A stretch of DNA of 64,000 nt from Nannocystis bainbridge (GTDB lineage Bacteria; Myxococcota_A; Polyangia; Nannocystales; Nannocystaceae), in contig NZ_JAQNDL010000001.1 of the NCBI RefSeq assembly GCF_028368995.1, forward strand, positions 352,001-416,000, given 5' to 3'. The position numbers and the translations under genes are program-made. A model generated the notes under the pieces. It was not told the DNA's origin. It was given only the letters and a program-made list of their open reading frames with translations, and searched no databases. This document shows positions 9,079-19,025 of the stretch, piece by piece; within the stretch, counting starts at the first letter, position 1; every line of letters begins with the position of its first letter.

Positions 9079-9888
9079 CTACGGCTCGCCCCGCGGATCG
9101 ACCTTCACGGTCGCGCCGGACAGCATCGCTTGCCACGGTGAAAGGTCGGGCGCCGTGATGTCGAGGACCAGCGGGGTCACCGACACGAACCCGCGCTTGA
9201 CCGCCCACGTGTCCTCGCCCTCGTGCTCGCCGGCGTCGCGCGGCGGTCCGCCGATCCAGAAGTAGGCCATCCCGCGCGGGTCCTGGCGGCGCTCGACCTG
9301 CTCGACGTAGGGCCGCGCGCCGAGCCGCGTGACGACGATCGGCAGGCCCTCGGCGAGCGTCTCCGGCGGCCCCTCCGGCGGCGGCGCGCTGTGGGAGATC
9401 CACGGGATGTTGACGTTCAGCAGGCTCATCGACGGCTGCGCCAGCAGCTTGCGGGCCAGCGTGCGCACCACCGGGATCGCCACCCGCGGCGACTCGCGCG
9501 CGTGGACCGACACCGCCATCGCCGACGCCCCGCGGATGAACCCCTCGGCGGCGCCCCCGACCGTGCCCGAATAAAACACGTCGGAGCCGAGGTTGAAGCC
9601 CGGGTTCACCCCCGACACCACCAGCGCCGGCCGGCGCTCGCACAGGTGCAGCGACGCCAGGTACACGCAGTCGACCGGCGTGCCGTTGACGCGGTGCCAG
9701 CCCGGCCGGACCTCGTCGACGCGCAGGTGCGAGTGCAGCGTGATCGCGTGCGACGAGCCGCTGCGCTCGGTCTCCGGCGCGCACACCACGACGTCGCCGA
9801 GCGGCGCGACCGCCTCGGCCAGGGCCAAGATCCCCGGCGCGAGGATGCCGTCGTCGTTGGTGACCAGGATCAGCGGCCGTTCCGACAC
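9079..9888 (-). CDS. surE: 5'/3'-nucleotidase SurE
   Basis: [34 protein letters not shown]. Confidence 0.95.
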   Translation of the reverse strand: MSERPLILVTNDDGILAPGILALAEAVAPLGDVVVCAPETERSGSSHAITLHSHLRVDEVRPGWHRVNGTPVDCVYLASLHLCERRPALVVSGVNPGFNLGSDVFYSGTVGGAAEGFIRGASAMAVSVHARESPRVAIPVVRTLARKLLAQPSMSLLNVNIPWISHSAPPPEGPPETLAEGLPIVVTRLGARPYVEQVERRQDPRGMAYFWIGGPPRDAGEHEGEDTWAVKRGFVSVTPLVLDITAPDLSPWQAMLSGATVKVDPRGEP

Positions 9889-9962
9889 GCCGCGCCTTGT
9901 AGCACAGACGGGCCGCTCGCCCGGACGCGAAACCGCCGCGCCCCGGCCGCGAGCCCGCGCGG

Positions 9963-10001
9963 AAAAAATAAAGAGCCGGCAGGGAAACCCTGTCGGCTCT
10001 T
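9963..10001 (-). terminator. Intrinsic terminator after tRNA-Pro
   Basis: Hairpin AAGAGCCGACAGGG/CCCTGCCGGCTCTT (one internal mismatch) followed by TATTTTTT on the minus strand. Confidence 0.85.
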
Positions 10002-10008
10002 CTCGTTT

Positions 10009-10085
<77 letters not shown>

Positions 10086-10199
10086 ACGGAGCGCCGGTAT
10101 ACGCGCTTTGGACCGCCCGGGCAAGCCTTCTGTGACGCCGCCGCGCCCGGCAAACTCACGCGGGCCCGACCGCCGCCTTTTTCGCGGCGGATCTCGCAA

Positions 10200-10814
10200 T
10201 CATAGCGGCTCGCGGCCGGTGCGCTGCAGCAACGGCTGGGCCTCGCCGGCCGCCGCCGCCTCGTCGATGAGGGCCCGGGCGCCCCCGCGGGTGCGGATGA
10301 ACTCGACCGGGTCGGCCGCCGAGCTGACCGACTCCGTGTTCTCGACCCACGCGATCATCTCGTCGAGCGACTCCCGCAGCACCGCCAGCGACTGCGACGC
10401 CAGGTAGCGGCTCGACGGCGGCGCCATCTCGACCGCGTCGCCGCCGAGGCGCAGCTGCTGGCGCGCACCCGCGATCGTGAACTTCTTCGCGTACAGCAGG
10501 TGCTTGATCTTCAGCAGCGTCTCGACGTCGCGGCGCCGGTACACCCGCTGCTGCGTGCGCGACTTCTGCGGGCGGATGACCTTGAACTCCGTCTCCCAGT
10601 AGCGGAGCACGTAGGCCGGCACGCCGACGATCTGCGCCACCTCGCCGATCTTGAAGTAGAGCTTGTCCGAGCCCAGATCGGGCCCCGTCGCCGCGCCGGC
10701 CTTCTTGGCCCGCGCGCGCGGGCGCGTCGGCTTCGCCGGGGCCTCGCTCGCGCCGCCGCCCTCGCCCGCCTTGCGCCGGCCCGTCTGCCCCGCGTCCTCG
10801 TCTGCCTCGCTCAT
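10200..10814 (-). CDS. MerR family transcriptional regulator
   Basis: KLYFKIGEVAQIVGVPAYVLRYWETEF...RVYRRRDV; conserved ihfA-merR-tRNA-Pro order. Confidence 0.9.
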   Translation of the reverse strand: MSEADEDAGQTGRRKAGEGGGASEAPAKPTRPRARAKKAGAATGPDLGSDKLYFKIGEVAQIVGVPAYVLRYWETEFKVIRPQKSRTQQRVYRRRDVETLLKIKHLLYAKKFTIAGARQQLRLGGDAVEMAPPSSRYLASQSLAVLRESLDEMIAWVENTESVSSAADPVEFIRTRGGARALIDEAAAAGEAQPLLQRTGREPL

Positions 10815-10824
10815 CGCCGCCTCG

Positions 10825-11103
10825 CTACGCGTTGAGCGCGGCCTTCAGCACGTTGCTCGGCTTGAACGTCAGCACCCTGCGGGCATCGATCGTGATCTGC
10901 ACGCCGGTCTGCGGGTTGCGGCCCGGGCGGGGGTTCTTGGCGCGGACGACGAAGTTGCCGAACCCCGAGATCTTGATCTTCTCGCCCTCCGCGAGCGTGT
11001 TCTTCATCAGCTCGAACACCACCTCGACCACGTCGGCGGCCTCCTTCTTGGAGAAGCCGCCGACCTCTTCGCATACGCGCTCGATGATGTCCGCCTTCGT
11101 CAT
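10825..11103 (-). CDS. ihfA: Integration host factor alpha subunit
   Basis: MTKADIIE..KIKISGFGNF.VRAK..RPGRNPQTG...ARRVLTFKPS. Confidence 0.92.
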   Translation of the reverse strand: MTKADIIERVCEEVGGFSKKEAADVVEVVFELMKNTLAEGEKIKISGFGNFVVRAKNPRPGRNPQTGVQITIDARRVLTFKPSNVLKAALNA

Positions 11104-11593
11104 CGCCGCGGATCTTTGGCAAAATTCGGCCGCCGCGCAAGCCCGCCGGCCGCGCCTTGGACCTAGCTTTGCGCGCGAGAAAAACTCAACTGCCGCGCTT
11201 GTTTGCAGCATCACAGGTCGAGCAACACGGCCCTCGCTCGTGCCCCGGACCCGACCCGCCGTTCACGACGCGCCCCGTCCGACGCCTCGCAGAACACTGC
11301 TCACGCCGACAGTCTGTGGCGATCGCGGAATCCGAGCGCCGCGGCCTCACGCTACGCGCGCTGCCCCGGCCGACCTCCACGGGCCGCCGCGACCCTCGCC
11401 CTCGGCTCCGCGGCTCGTGTGGAGCGCCCCACGAACGCCCGCGACGTCAGGCCCACGCGATCCTGAACGCGCGACGACCGGCTGGTGTCGGCCTCGCGGG
11501 CCGTTGACGATCAGTGGTTATCGGCCGCGCGCCCCGGCGCTCCACGACCGATGCGGGTGTAGGCCGCGCGGCCTGGCGCTACACTCCCTCCAA

Positions 11594-12568
11594 TTGTCCC
11601 TCGCCTCGCTGCGCGCGCGTCCTTCGGCGATCGGCCTGCTCGTCTGGTCGCTCGTGGTCTGCGTGCGCCTCGGCGATCTCGGCGACGAGGCCACCCTCGC
11701 CGAGGTCATCGTCCTGTTCGTCGTCCTCGTCGCCGTCCCGCGGGCCCTGCTTTTTACTGCCTCGGAGGACATGTCCCCGAGGACATACGCCAATCCGACC
11801 CGCCTCGCTCGCATCGCCGGCCTCGCCGGCCTCGTCGCCGCCGTCCCGGCCCTCGCCCCTGACCTCGGACCTCGCGCCGCCGCCGGGCTCACCGCGCCCT
11901 GGCTGCTCGTGTGCGGCTTCGCGGCTCTTCACGGCCTCCTGCGCCTCCACGTCCGCCGCAGCCTCGCCCCCGCCGAGCTCGCCCTCGACCTCGCCCTCTT
12001 GCTGCTGCCCGTCGCCGCGGTGTGGTTGCTCGTCTACCGCGGCGACCTCGTCCTCGGCGGCTTCGGGGGCCTCGCCGCCGTGCTCACGGCCGGCCACTTT
12101 CACGCCGCCGGCTTCGGCGCGCTCGTCATGGTCGGCCTGCTCGGCCGCGGCCTCGGCGACCTGCGCGACTGGACCCGCCCCGTCTACCGCCTCGCCGCCG
12201 CCCTCCTTATTTTCGCCTTCCCCCTGCTCGCGGTCGGCATCGGCGCCGGCGCCCGGCCGATCGAGCTGGCCGGCTCCGGCCTCTACGTCCTCGGCCTCCC
12301 GCTGCTCGCCGGCCTGCAGCTCATCGCCGCCGTGCGCCTGCGCGACCGGCCGGCCTGGGCACGCGTTCTCCTGTGCGTGTCCTCCGGGGCGCTCCTGCTG
12401 AGCACCACCCTCGCCGGCATGTTCGCCGCCCAGGGCTTCTACGGCGCCGCCGTCCCGATCCTCACGATGCTGCGCGCCCACGGCCTCGTCAACGCGATCG
12501 GCTTCCTCGGCCTCGGCCTGCTCGCCTGGTCCGGCCTGCACCGCGCGACCGGCCCGCAACCCGCCTGA
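11594..12568 (+). CDS. YndJ-like integral membrane protein
   Basis: Many TM helices; LTAGHFHAAGF and HGLVNAIGF motifs; start uncertain. Confidence 0.65.
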   Translation: MSLASLRARPSAIGLLVWSLVVCVRLGDLGDEATLAEVIVLFVVLVAVPRALLFTASEDMSPRTYANPTRLARIAGLAGLVAAVPALAPDLGPRAAAGLTAPWLLVCGFAALHGLLRLHVRRSLAPAELALDLALLLLPVAAVWLLVYRGDLVLGGFGGLAAVLTAGHFHAAGFGALVMVGLLGRGLGDLRDWTRPVYRLAAALLIFAFPLLAVGIGAGARPIELAGSGLYVLGLPLLAGLQLIAAVRLRDRPAWARVLLCVSSGALLLSTTLAGMFAAQGFYGAAVPILTMLRAHGLVNAIGFLGLGLLAWSGLHRATGPQPA

Positions 12569-13085
12569 CCTGAAGGACATCCCGCCTGTCCACAAGGACA
12601 GATGGCGTGAACGTTCGAGTCCTGCCCGTCCTCGAGACGGATGGCACGGGCGCTCCAGTTATTCCTGTCCGCAAGGACAGGCGGCACGAGCGATCGAGCT
12701 CTGACGGTCCCCGAGATCAGGTGACACGGACGCTCCAGTGATTCCTGTCCGCAAGGACAGGCGGCACGGGCGCTCGAGTTCTGACGGTCCCCAAGATCAG
12801 GTGACACGACCACTCCAGTTATTCCTGTCTGAAAGGACGGGCTTCCCTGGCGCTCGTGCCGCCTATCCGTCAGGACAGGCAGCACGAGCACGATGCCGCC
12901 CGTCCCCGAGATCAGGTGACCAGTCGCTTCGTGGAAGTCACACCGGAATCGCTACAGCTACCCGATGGGCCGGGGCGCTCCAATTCTTCCTGTCCGAAAA
13001 GCACAGGCTATGCCGACGCTCAGTCTGCCTGTCCGCAAGGACAGGCAGCACGAGCGCTCGGCTTCTGCCTGTCCCCCGAGGACGT
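12565..13085. repeat. Composite tandem repeat (~80-bp unit of two ~40-bp halves) carrying CCTGTCCGCAAGGACAGG
   Basis: 12651-12730 and 12731-12810 are near-identical; degenerate copies flank them; convergent junction. Confidence 0.9.
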
Positions 13086-13095
13086 GCAGCGCCCC

Positions 13096-14637
13096 CTACT
13101 GCGGGATGATCGCCTTGCACACCCCCGCGTCGCACACGAGCGGCGGGCAGCAGTCGTCGTCGACCATGCACGGCCCGCAGGTCCCGTCGCCCGTGCACGC
13201 GGGCGTCGGGTTGGCGCAGTCGTGGCAGTCGCCGCAGCCCTCGCCGGGCGGATCGCAGCCCTCGAGGTCGAGGATCGCCTGGTCGTAGTGGACCACCAGC
13301 GGGCTCGCCAGCTGCAGCCCGCCGACGAACAGCGAGCCCCAGATCTCCGACATGTTGTTGGCCGTGAACACCGCGTTCGGCTGGTAGAGGTTGGCCCCGA
13401 GCGTGAAGTTGCTGGCGAACTTGAATGCCCCGCCGACGTAGATCCGCGTCGCCGCCGGCCGCTTCGGATCGCCGATCGTCGCCACATTATTAAAATTGGC
13501 GTTGCCGGCGATGAACAGGTCGAGCTCCGCCTCGGGCCCGAGCGTGATGTGGAACGCCCCCGCGTTCTGCACGTCGCCCGCGATCGCGATCACCGTGCGC
13601 CCGGTCAGCGTGATGTCGAGCGTGCTGTTGCTGTCGATCCCCGTGAAGAAGTAGCGGCCGCACGGCAGCTCGACCGATTTCGGCTGCGGCAGCCCGACCA
13701 GCTCGTCGGGCGCGATCGGCAGCGCGTCGTTGTCGTTGGCCTGCATGTAGCCGCCCACGATCGCCGGCACGTCGATCAGGTCCTCGCAGTCGCACGGCGT
13801 CTTGACCTCGACCTGCTCCTTGATCGTCGCCCCCAGCACCTTGGCCCCGTTGTTGGCCTTGTTGGGGCGGATGTGCAGGTCGCCGTCGATCGTCAGCGTC
13901 ATGTTCTGCGCGAACAGGTTGCCCTCGGTGAACAGGTCGGCGGCCACGTGCGACGGCGAGCCGGCCGTGAGGTCGTCGCTACACTTCAGCTGCTGCGCGA
14001 CCTCGTGGGCGTTGAAGGTCTGGATCTTGCCATCGACCCACAGCGACCCGCCGATGTCGACCATCGACGCCGCGCTGTACGGCCCGTTGACGCCGACCGA
14101 GCCGCCGTCCATCGGCACCATGTTCGGATCGTTGCTGTCGAACGAGTCGGTCTTCAGGCTGTTGTTCGCGGTCAGGCCGCTGCACGAGCAGATTGCGAAC
14201 AGGAACGTCTTCTTGCCGAGGTCGCCCGTGCACGTCACCTCGTCGCCCGGCAGCAAGATCCCGCCCTCGCCCGCGCAGAAGTCGACCGGCCCGGTCGTCC
14301 CGCTCGTGCTCGTCGACTCGCCCGTCGTCTCGCCCGTCGTCGCGCTCGTCGTGCCCGTCGTGCTCGTGCTCGTGCCTGGATCCGTCGAAGTCATCGGCTC
14401 GCCCGTGGTCGGCCCGGTCACCGAGGTCCCGGTCGACTCGCTGACGCCGCTCACCGTCGACCCCGTGGTCGGCACGTCCGTACTCGTGCTGCCGGTGCTG
14501 CCGGTCGCCGTGACGGTCGCGCCCATCATCGTCGTCCCCACGCTGAGCCCCGTCCCGGTCCCGCCGCTGTCCCCGTCGGAGCCTCCGCACGCCGCCAGCA
14601 CCATCGCCACCCACAACCTCGCGCCGCGTCTTGTCAT
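13096..14637 (-). CDS. Secreted lipoprotein with Thr/Gly/Ser-rich linker, beta-rich core and Cys-rich C-terminus
   Basis: Lipobox VLAAC, long T/S/G linker, C-terminal CxDCxDC..CC pattern. Confidence 0.7.
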   Translation of the reverse strand: MTRRGARLWVAMVLAACGGSDGDSGGTGTGLSVGTTMMGATVTATGSTGSTSTDVPTTGSTVSGVSESTGTSVTGPTTGEPMTSTDPGTSTSTTGTTSATTGETTGESTSTSGTTGPVDFCAGEGGILLPGDEVTCTGDLGKKTFLFAICSCSGLTANNSLKTDSFDSNDPNMVPMDGGSVGVNGPYSAASMVDIGGSLWVDGKIQTFNAHEVAQQLKCSDDLTAGSPSHVAADLFTEGNLFAQNMTLTIDGDLHIRPNKANNGAKVLGATIKEQVEVKTPCDCEDLIDVPAIVGGYMQANDNDALPIAPDELVGLPQPKSVELPCGRYFFTGIDSNSTLDITLTGRTVIAIAGDVQNAGAFHITLGPEAELDLFIAGNANFNNVATIGDPKRPAATRIYVGGAFKFASNFTLGANLYQPNAVFTANNMSEIWGSLFVGGLQLASPLVVHYDQAILDLEGCDPPGEGCGDCHDCANPTPACTGDGTCGPCMVDDDCCPPLVCDAGVCKAIIPQ

Positions 14638-15229
14638 CGGCGCCGAGACTATCGAGGCCTGCCGGCGCGCCGCAATGTAAGTCTCCGAGCCCGGCGTGCG
14701 ACACGTGGTCCTGTGAATGCCGCCATCGCAGCGCCCCGCTGCGGACCGGCCTGCCGCGGAGGAGTTCGCGCGCCGACCGCCCGACGTGCGCGCCCGGCAA
14801 CCCCGGAGAAACGCGTCAAACTGCGCGCTACGGCCGATTCGGTCGAACACGAGTCCCTTCCGCGGCAGCGCGACGCCAGCGAAGCGCCCGCGGCGAGGGC
14901 CGCAGATTGTGCAGAGTCGAACCCCTCGCTCGAGCGATTGCGCCGGGACCCGCGAATCATCGGTCTCGTGTCCTCGCCAGGCCAAAAATCATTCATCCAT
15001 CGCCACGAGCGAACGCCACCATACGAGCCCGCGCGCACAGTCCGACGCCGGTCGACGAAGCGTTCATGCTCCTCGCATACGGATCGCTACCTGCCCAGAT
15101 TTTTTCATCCGCTTCGACCACCCGGCGCCACGAGAGCGCCCCAGCCGGCGCCACCCTCGGCCGAGCTTCGCTGCGAGATCTGCAGCCTCACCACCTGCCT
15201 CCTTCGCCATGTCGCTTTCGACATGTCCT

Positions 15230-16957
15230 TCAAGGCAGACGAATTCGCTGGCTCGGCGCCGCCCCGCCCGCGCGCGGCGGCTCCCACACCTTCTGCACGT
15301 AGCGCAGGTTGGCGGCCGAGCGCGGGTGTCGCGGCAGCGCCTGCGTCGCGGCCACCAGCCCGAGCCCCGCGATCGTCCCGACCAGCGCCGCGATTCGGCC
15401 GCGCCGACCGAGCGCGCGCGGCGTCGCCAGCACCAGCAGCCCGACCAGCCCGGCGCCCACCACCCAGCCGATCCCGAGCCCCGGCAGCCCGAGCCACCCG
15501 GTCGCGGTGTACGGCGCCGCGCCGGCCCGCCACAGCGGCAGCAGCACCTCGGGCACAGGCTGATTCACGTTCGTCAGGTCGAAATGCGGCCACAGGTTGG
15601 CCGCCAGCCCGTTGACCACCAGCGACCAGCTCGCCAGCGCCGCCGCCACCCCGAGGCCCAGCGTGCCTGCCCAGCCGCGCGGCGGACCGGCCAGCGTGCG
15701 CGCGGCCACGGCGGCCCAGCCGAGCGCCAGCGCCGGCAGCACCACCACCATATACCGCGGCCCGACCCGCCAGCCGCCCTCGAAGTTGAGGCTCACGCAC
15801 GCCAGCAGCACCGCCGCGAGCGCCCCTCCTTCGACCCTGGCCTTCAGGACATGCTCCTTGTCCCATGTCCCGCGGGCCAGCTGCCACAGCCCCCACGCCG
15901 CCAGCGGCCACAGCGGCGCCCAGCCGCACAGCCCCGCCGACAGCGACAGCACATGCGTCTCGATCGCCCGCCAGCTCGGCCCGACCAGCCCGAGCAGGCC
16001 CTCGCCGTGCTTCGCGGCGAACTCCGCCGTCGCGCTGTGGTGGTAGCCGGTCTTGAGCGGCCCGCCGAACACCGCCGCGTGATAGGCCATCAGCAGCCCC
16101 GCCGGCACCGCCGCCCCGGCCGCCGCCCCGGCCGCCGTCGCCCACGCGCGCGCCCGCACCAGCCCGAACACCAGCCCAGCCGCCGCCAGCCCGGCGAACG
16201 CCGCCGTGTACTCGACCAGCACCGCCGCGCCCGCCAGCGCGCCGCCGAGCGCCGCCAGCCCCGGGCGCGTCTGCTCGCGCGCCCGCACCAGCAGCAGCAG
16301 CCCCGCCCACAGCAGGCACGCCGCCAGCTGATGCCCGTACAGCAGGTGCGCGTACGCGGCCGCCGGGGTCGCCAGCGCGTACAGCCCGATCGCCAGGGCG
16401 GCGGCTCGCGCCCCGTAGGCCGGCGCCAGCGAGCGCCACAGCAGCCCGCACAGCACCAGCGTCGGCGCCACCCCGCCCAGCAGCCGCGCCCACCAGGTCA
16501 CCGCCCGCAGCGTCGGCCCGCGCGCACCTGTCTCTTCGGACATGCTCGACCGACCGCGCGAGCCTGTCCCTTCGGCCACATCCTCCGCCCGCGAGCCTGT
16601 CCCTTCGGCCACGTCCTCGCCTGCCCCTGCCGTCGCCCGCGCGAGCGCATACCCGAGCGCCGCGACCACGCTGGTCCCGGGCGGCTTGTTGGGGTACAGC
16701 GCCCCGTCCGGCGCGCGCGCGGCGTCGGGCCCCGGGTCGAGGCCGAGGCCGTCGATCCGCCACGACCCGCGCTCGACCAGCGACGCCGCCTGCAGCAGGC
16801 GCGGGCGCTCGTTGGCGTTGCGGGTCGCCTGGGCGTAGGGGAACGCGGCCAGCAGCAGCAGCGCCAGCCCGGCCAGCAGCGCCGCCCCGCCTTCAGGACA
16901 TGTTTTCGGGGACATGTCCCCCGGGACCTGCCCCTTCAGACCTGGCCGATCGGGCAT
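15230..16957 (-). CDS. Polytopic membrane protein, probable GT-C fold glycosyltransferase
   Basis: NANERPRL first loop, YPNKPPG, EY, GGWRVGPRY (PRY) motifs, many TMs; 5' end overlaps a repeat array so start uncertain (16957 or 16915). Confidence 0.55.
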   Translation of the reverse strand: MPDRPGLKGQVPGDMSPKTCPEGGAALLAGLALLLLAAFPYAQATRNANERPRLLQAASLVERGSWRIDGLGLDPGPDAARAPDGALYPNKPPGTSVVAALGYALARATAGAGEDVAEGTGSRAEDVAEGTGSRGRSSMSEETGARGPTLRAVTWWARLLGGVAPTLVLCGLLWRSLAPAYGARAAALAIGLYALATPAAAYAHLLYGHQLAACLLWAGLLLLVRAREQTRPGLAALGGALAGAAVLVEYTAAFAGLAAAGLVFGLVRARAWATAAGAAAGAAVPAGLLMAYHAAVFGGPLKTGYHHSATAEFAAKHGEGLLGLVGPSWRAIETHVLSLSAGLCGWAPLWPLAAWGLWQLARGTWDKEHVLKARVEGGALAAVLLACVSLNFEGGWRVGPRYMVVVLPALALGWAAVAARTLAGPPRGWAGTLGLGVAAALASWSLVVNGLAANLWPHFDLTNVNQPVPEVLLPLWRAGAAPYTATGWLGLPGLGIGWVVGAGLVGLLVLATPRALGRRGRIAALVGTIAGLGLVAATQALPRHPRSAANLRYVQKVWEPPRAGGAAPSQRIRLP

Positions 16958-16962
16958 GCCCG
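16890..16962. repeat. 14-bp-phased palindrome array
   Basis: Cores at 16899, 16913, 16927, 16941, 16955, just after the pspA stop. Confidence 0.9.
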
Positions 16963-16972
16963 AAGCGCCCGC

Positions 16973-17674
16973 CTACTTCTTGCCCTCTTCGAGCTGCTTG
17001 GCCTGCATCTTGGCCTTGAGGGCCGCGAGCGCGTCGTCGAGCTCGTTCTTGGCGCCGAGGCCGTTCAGCTGGGCGTCGATCTGGGCCTCCTGGATCCGGC
17101 CGTCCATGTCCTCGGCGCTGACCTCGTTGAGGGCCTCGAGGCGGGCGATCTTGGTCTCGATCGCGTCCATGCGGGCGCCCGCGCCGGCGTCGCCGGGGAT
17201 CGTGCTGGTGCCGCCGCTCTGCTTGCTCGCGCGGGCCTGCGACATCAGCGTGCCGCGGCGGAGGTTCAGCGCCTTGAGCTTCGTCTTGGCCTCGCCGATG
17301 CCCTGGCGCAGGTCCTCGACCAGCTTGCGCTGCTGCACCAGCGCCTCGTCGGTGGCCGTCTTCTCCTGCGACAGCTCGCCCTTGCGCTGCAGCGCCGCGC
17401 GGGCCAGCGTCTCGTCGCCGATCGTGATCGCCTGCTCGGCCCGCCGCTGCCACGCCGCCTCGTCGCGCGTCAGCTGCTCGAGCTTCTTCTCCATCATCTT
17501 TTGGTCGACGATCGACTGCTTGAGGTCGAGCTCCGACTTGCGGATGTTCTCGGCCAGGTCGTCGAGCATCAGGGCCACTTCCTGGCCAGGGTCCGACACG
17601 GCCTCGACCGCGTCGTTCAGCGTGCTCTGGATGGCCTTCTTCAGGCGGCGGAACAGCCCCGGTTTCTCCGACAT
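16973..17674 (-). CDS. pspA: PspA/IM30 family protein
   Basis: GLFRRL..AI...LN..VE..SDP, coiled coil, WQRRAEQAI..GDETLARAAL, ELDDALAALKAKM. Confidence 0.85.
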   Translation of the reverse strand: MSEKPGLFRRLKKAIQSTLNDAVEAVSDPGQEVALMLDDLAENIRKSELDLKQSIVDQKMMEKKLEQLTRDEAAWQRRAEQAITIGDETLARAALQRKGELSQEKTATDEALVQQRKLVEDLRQGIGEAKTKLKALNLRRGTLMSQARASKQSGGTSTIPGDAGAGARMDAIETKIARLEALNEVSAEDMDGRIQEAQIDAQLNGLGAKNELDDALAALKAKMQAKQLEEGKK

Positions 17675-17789
17675 GCGCGTCCTCGCGGGCGCCTCGCCCG
17701 CCTTCGATCGTCCGAGTCTAGCGCGCGGCCCGTCGCCTGTCGCGTCCGACCTTGCAAGCGCGCGCGTAACGGCCTATCAAGGCGCGCGG

Positions 17790-18962
17790 ATGGCAGGCGA
17801 CCCTCCACCCACGCCGGGGGCCGAGCCCGGGCCCGGCCTCGTCGGAGTCCTCGGCCACGCGCAGGCCCAGGGCGCCGTGGTGCGCGCGCTCGGGCGCGGT
17901 CAGCTGCACCATGCGCTCGTGCTCGTCGGCCCGCGCGGGGTCGGCAAGGCGACCTTCGCCCGCGGCCTCGGCTGCGCCCTCCTGTGCCCGCAGCGCCCCG
18001 GCCTCGGCTGCGGCGCCTGCCCCACCTGTCAGCGCGTGCTCGCCGGCAACCACCCCGACGTCGACTGGCTGGTGCCCGACAGCAAGGCCGGCCTGATCTC
18101 CGTCGACGCCGCCCGCGCCTGCCACGTGCGCCAGACCCACGCCCCCTACGAGGGCCGCGCGTATCTGGTCGTCGTCGATCCGGCCGACGCGCTCGGCGAG
18201 GCCGCCGGCAACGCCCTGCTCAAGACCATCGAGGAGCCGCGCCCCGGGGTCCACTTCGCCCTGCTCACCACCAACCTGCAGGGCATGCTGCCGACGATCC
18301 TCAGCCGCTCGCTGCCGGTCCGCCTCGGCCGCCTCGACGACGACATCGTCCGCAGCATCGTCGACCGCCGCGCCGCCGACGCGCCGCGCGAGCGCCACGA
18401 CATGGCCGTGCTGCTGGCCGAGGGCAGCGCCGGCGTGGCCCTCGAGCTGGCGTCCGACCCGTCGCTCGCGCGCAGCCTCGAGCTGGTCAAGCAGGCCATC
18501 CTGGCCGTGCGCGCCGGGCCCTCGGCGATCTTCGGCGGCGACGTCCACCCGCTGTGGCAGGCGTGGGCCGCAGCCACCGCCCCGAGCGAAGCTGTCCCCG
18601 AGGACAGCCCCGCCGAGCCCGAGCCCGAGGTCCCCGGCGCCAAGAAGAAGAAGGCCAGCAAAAAGGCCGCCAAGTCCGGCGAGGACGGCGAGAAGGCCGC
18701 CAGCAAGAAGGACGCGCCGGCCCTGCAGCGGGCCGCGGTGCGCCGCCTGGTCGAGCTGTGGATCCTCCACGTCCGCGAGCAGCTGCGCGGCCGCGCCGGC
18801 CTGCCGGGCCTGCCCCCGCCGCCGAACGTCGCGCCCGGCACCCTGGTGGCCGCCATCACCGCCCTGCAGCGCCTCGGCGCCCGCGTCGAGCGCATGGGCA
18901 ACGTCCGCCTGATGCTCGAGCAGGGCCTGCTCGAGCAGAGCGCCCTGCTGTCCGCGCCCTAG
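17790..18962 (+). CDS. holB: DNA polymerase III delta' subunit
   Basis: HHALVLVGPRGVGK, Zn module C..GCGACPTC, HPD, AGNALLKTIEEP, LPTILSR. Confidence 0.88.
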   Translation: MAGDPPPTPGAEPGPGLVGVLGHAQAQGAVVRALGRGQLHHALVLVGPRGVGKATFARGLGCALLCPQRPGLGCGACPTCQRVLAGNHPDVDWLVPDSKAGLISVDAARACHVRQTHAPYEGRAYLVVVDPADALGEAAGNALLKTIEEPRPGVHFALLTTNLQGMLPTILSRSLPVRLGRLDDDIVRSIVDRRAADAPRERHDMAVLLAEGSAGVALELASDPSLARSLELVKQAILAVRAGPSAIFGGDVHPLWQAWAAATAPSEAVPEDSPAEPEPEVPGAKKKKASKKAAKSGEDGEKAASKKDAPALQRAAVRRLVELWILHVREQLRGRAGLPGLPPPPNVAPGTLVAAITALQRLGARVERMGNVRLMLEQGLLEQSALLSAP

Positions 18963-19025
18963 CCCCGAGGACATGTGCCCGGGGACATGCTCCCGGGGAC
19001 ATGCTCTCTACGACATGTCCTGAGA
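18962..19025. repeat. 14-bp-phased palindrome array
   Basis: Cores at 18972, 18986, 19000, 19014; convergent junction. Confidence 0.9.

Noticed and set aside
10200-10814. MerR regulator as the binder of the 14-bp motif
   Set aside because: This is the widely conserved ihfA-linked MerR and there is no array near its gene; nothing in the sequence links it to the motif.
12565-13085. Possible CRISPR array
   Set aside because: Intervening sequences resemble each other rather than being unique spacers, repeats are degenerate, and no cas gene is in the window.
14640-15229. Long intergenic regions (also 3661-4138 and 51626-52043) as ncRNA or riboswitch loci
   Set aside because: No recognisable RNA family motif by eye; an Rfam/Infernal search or RNA-seq would be needed.
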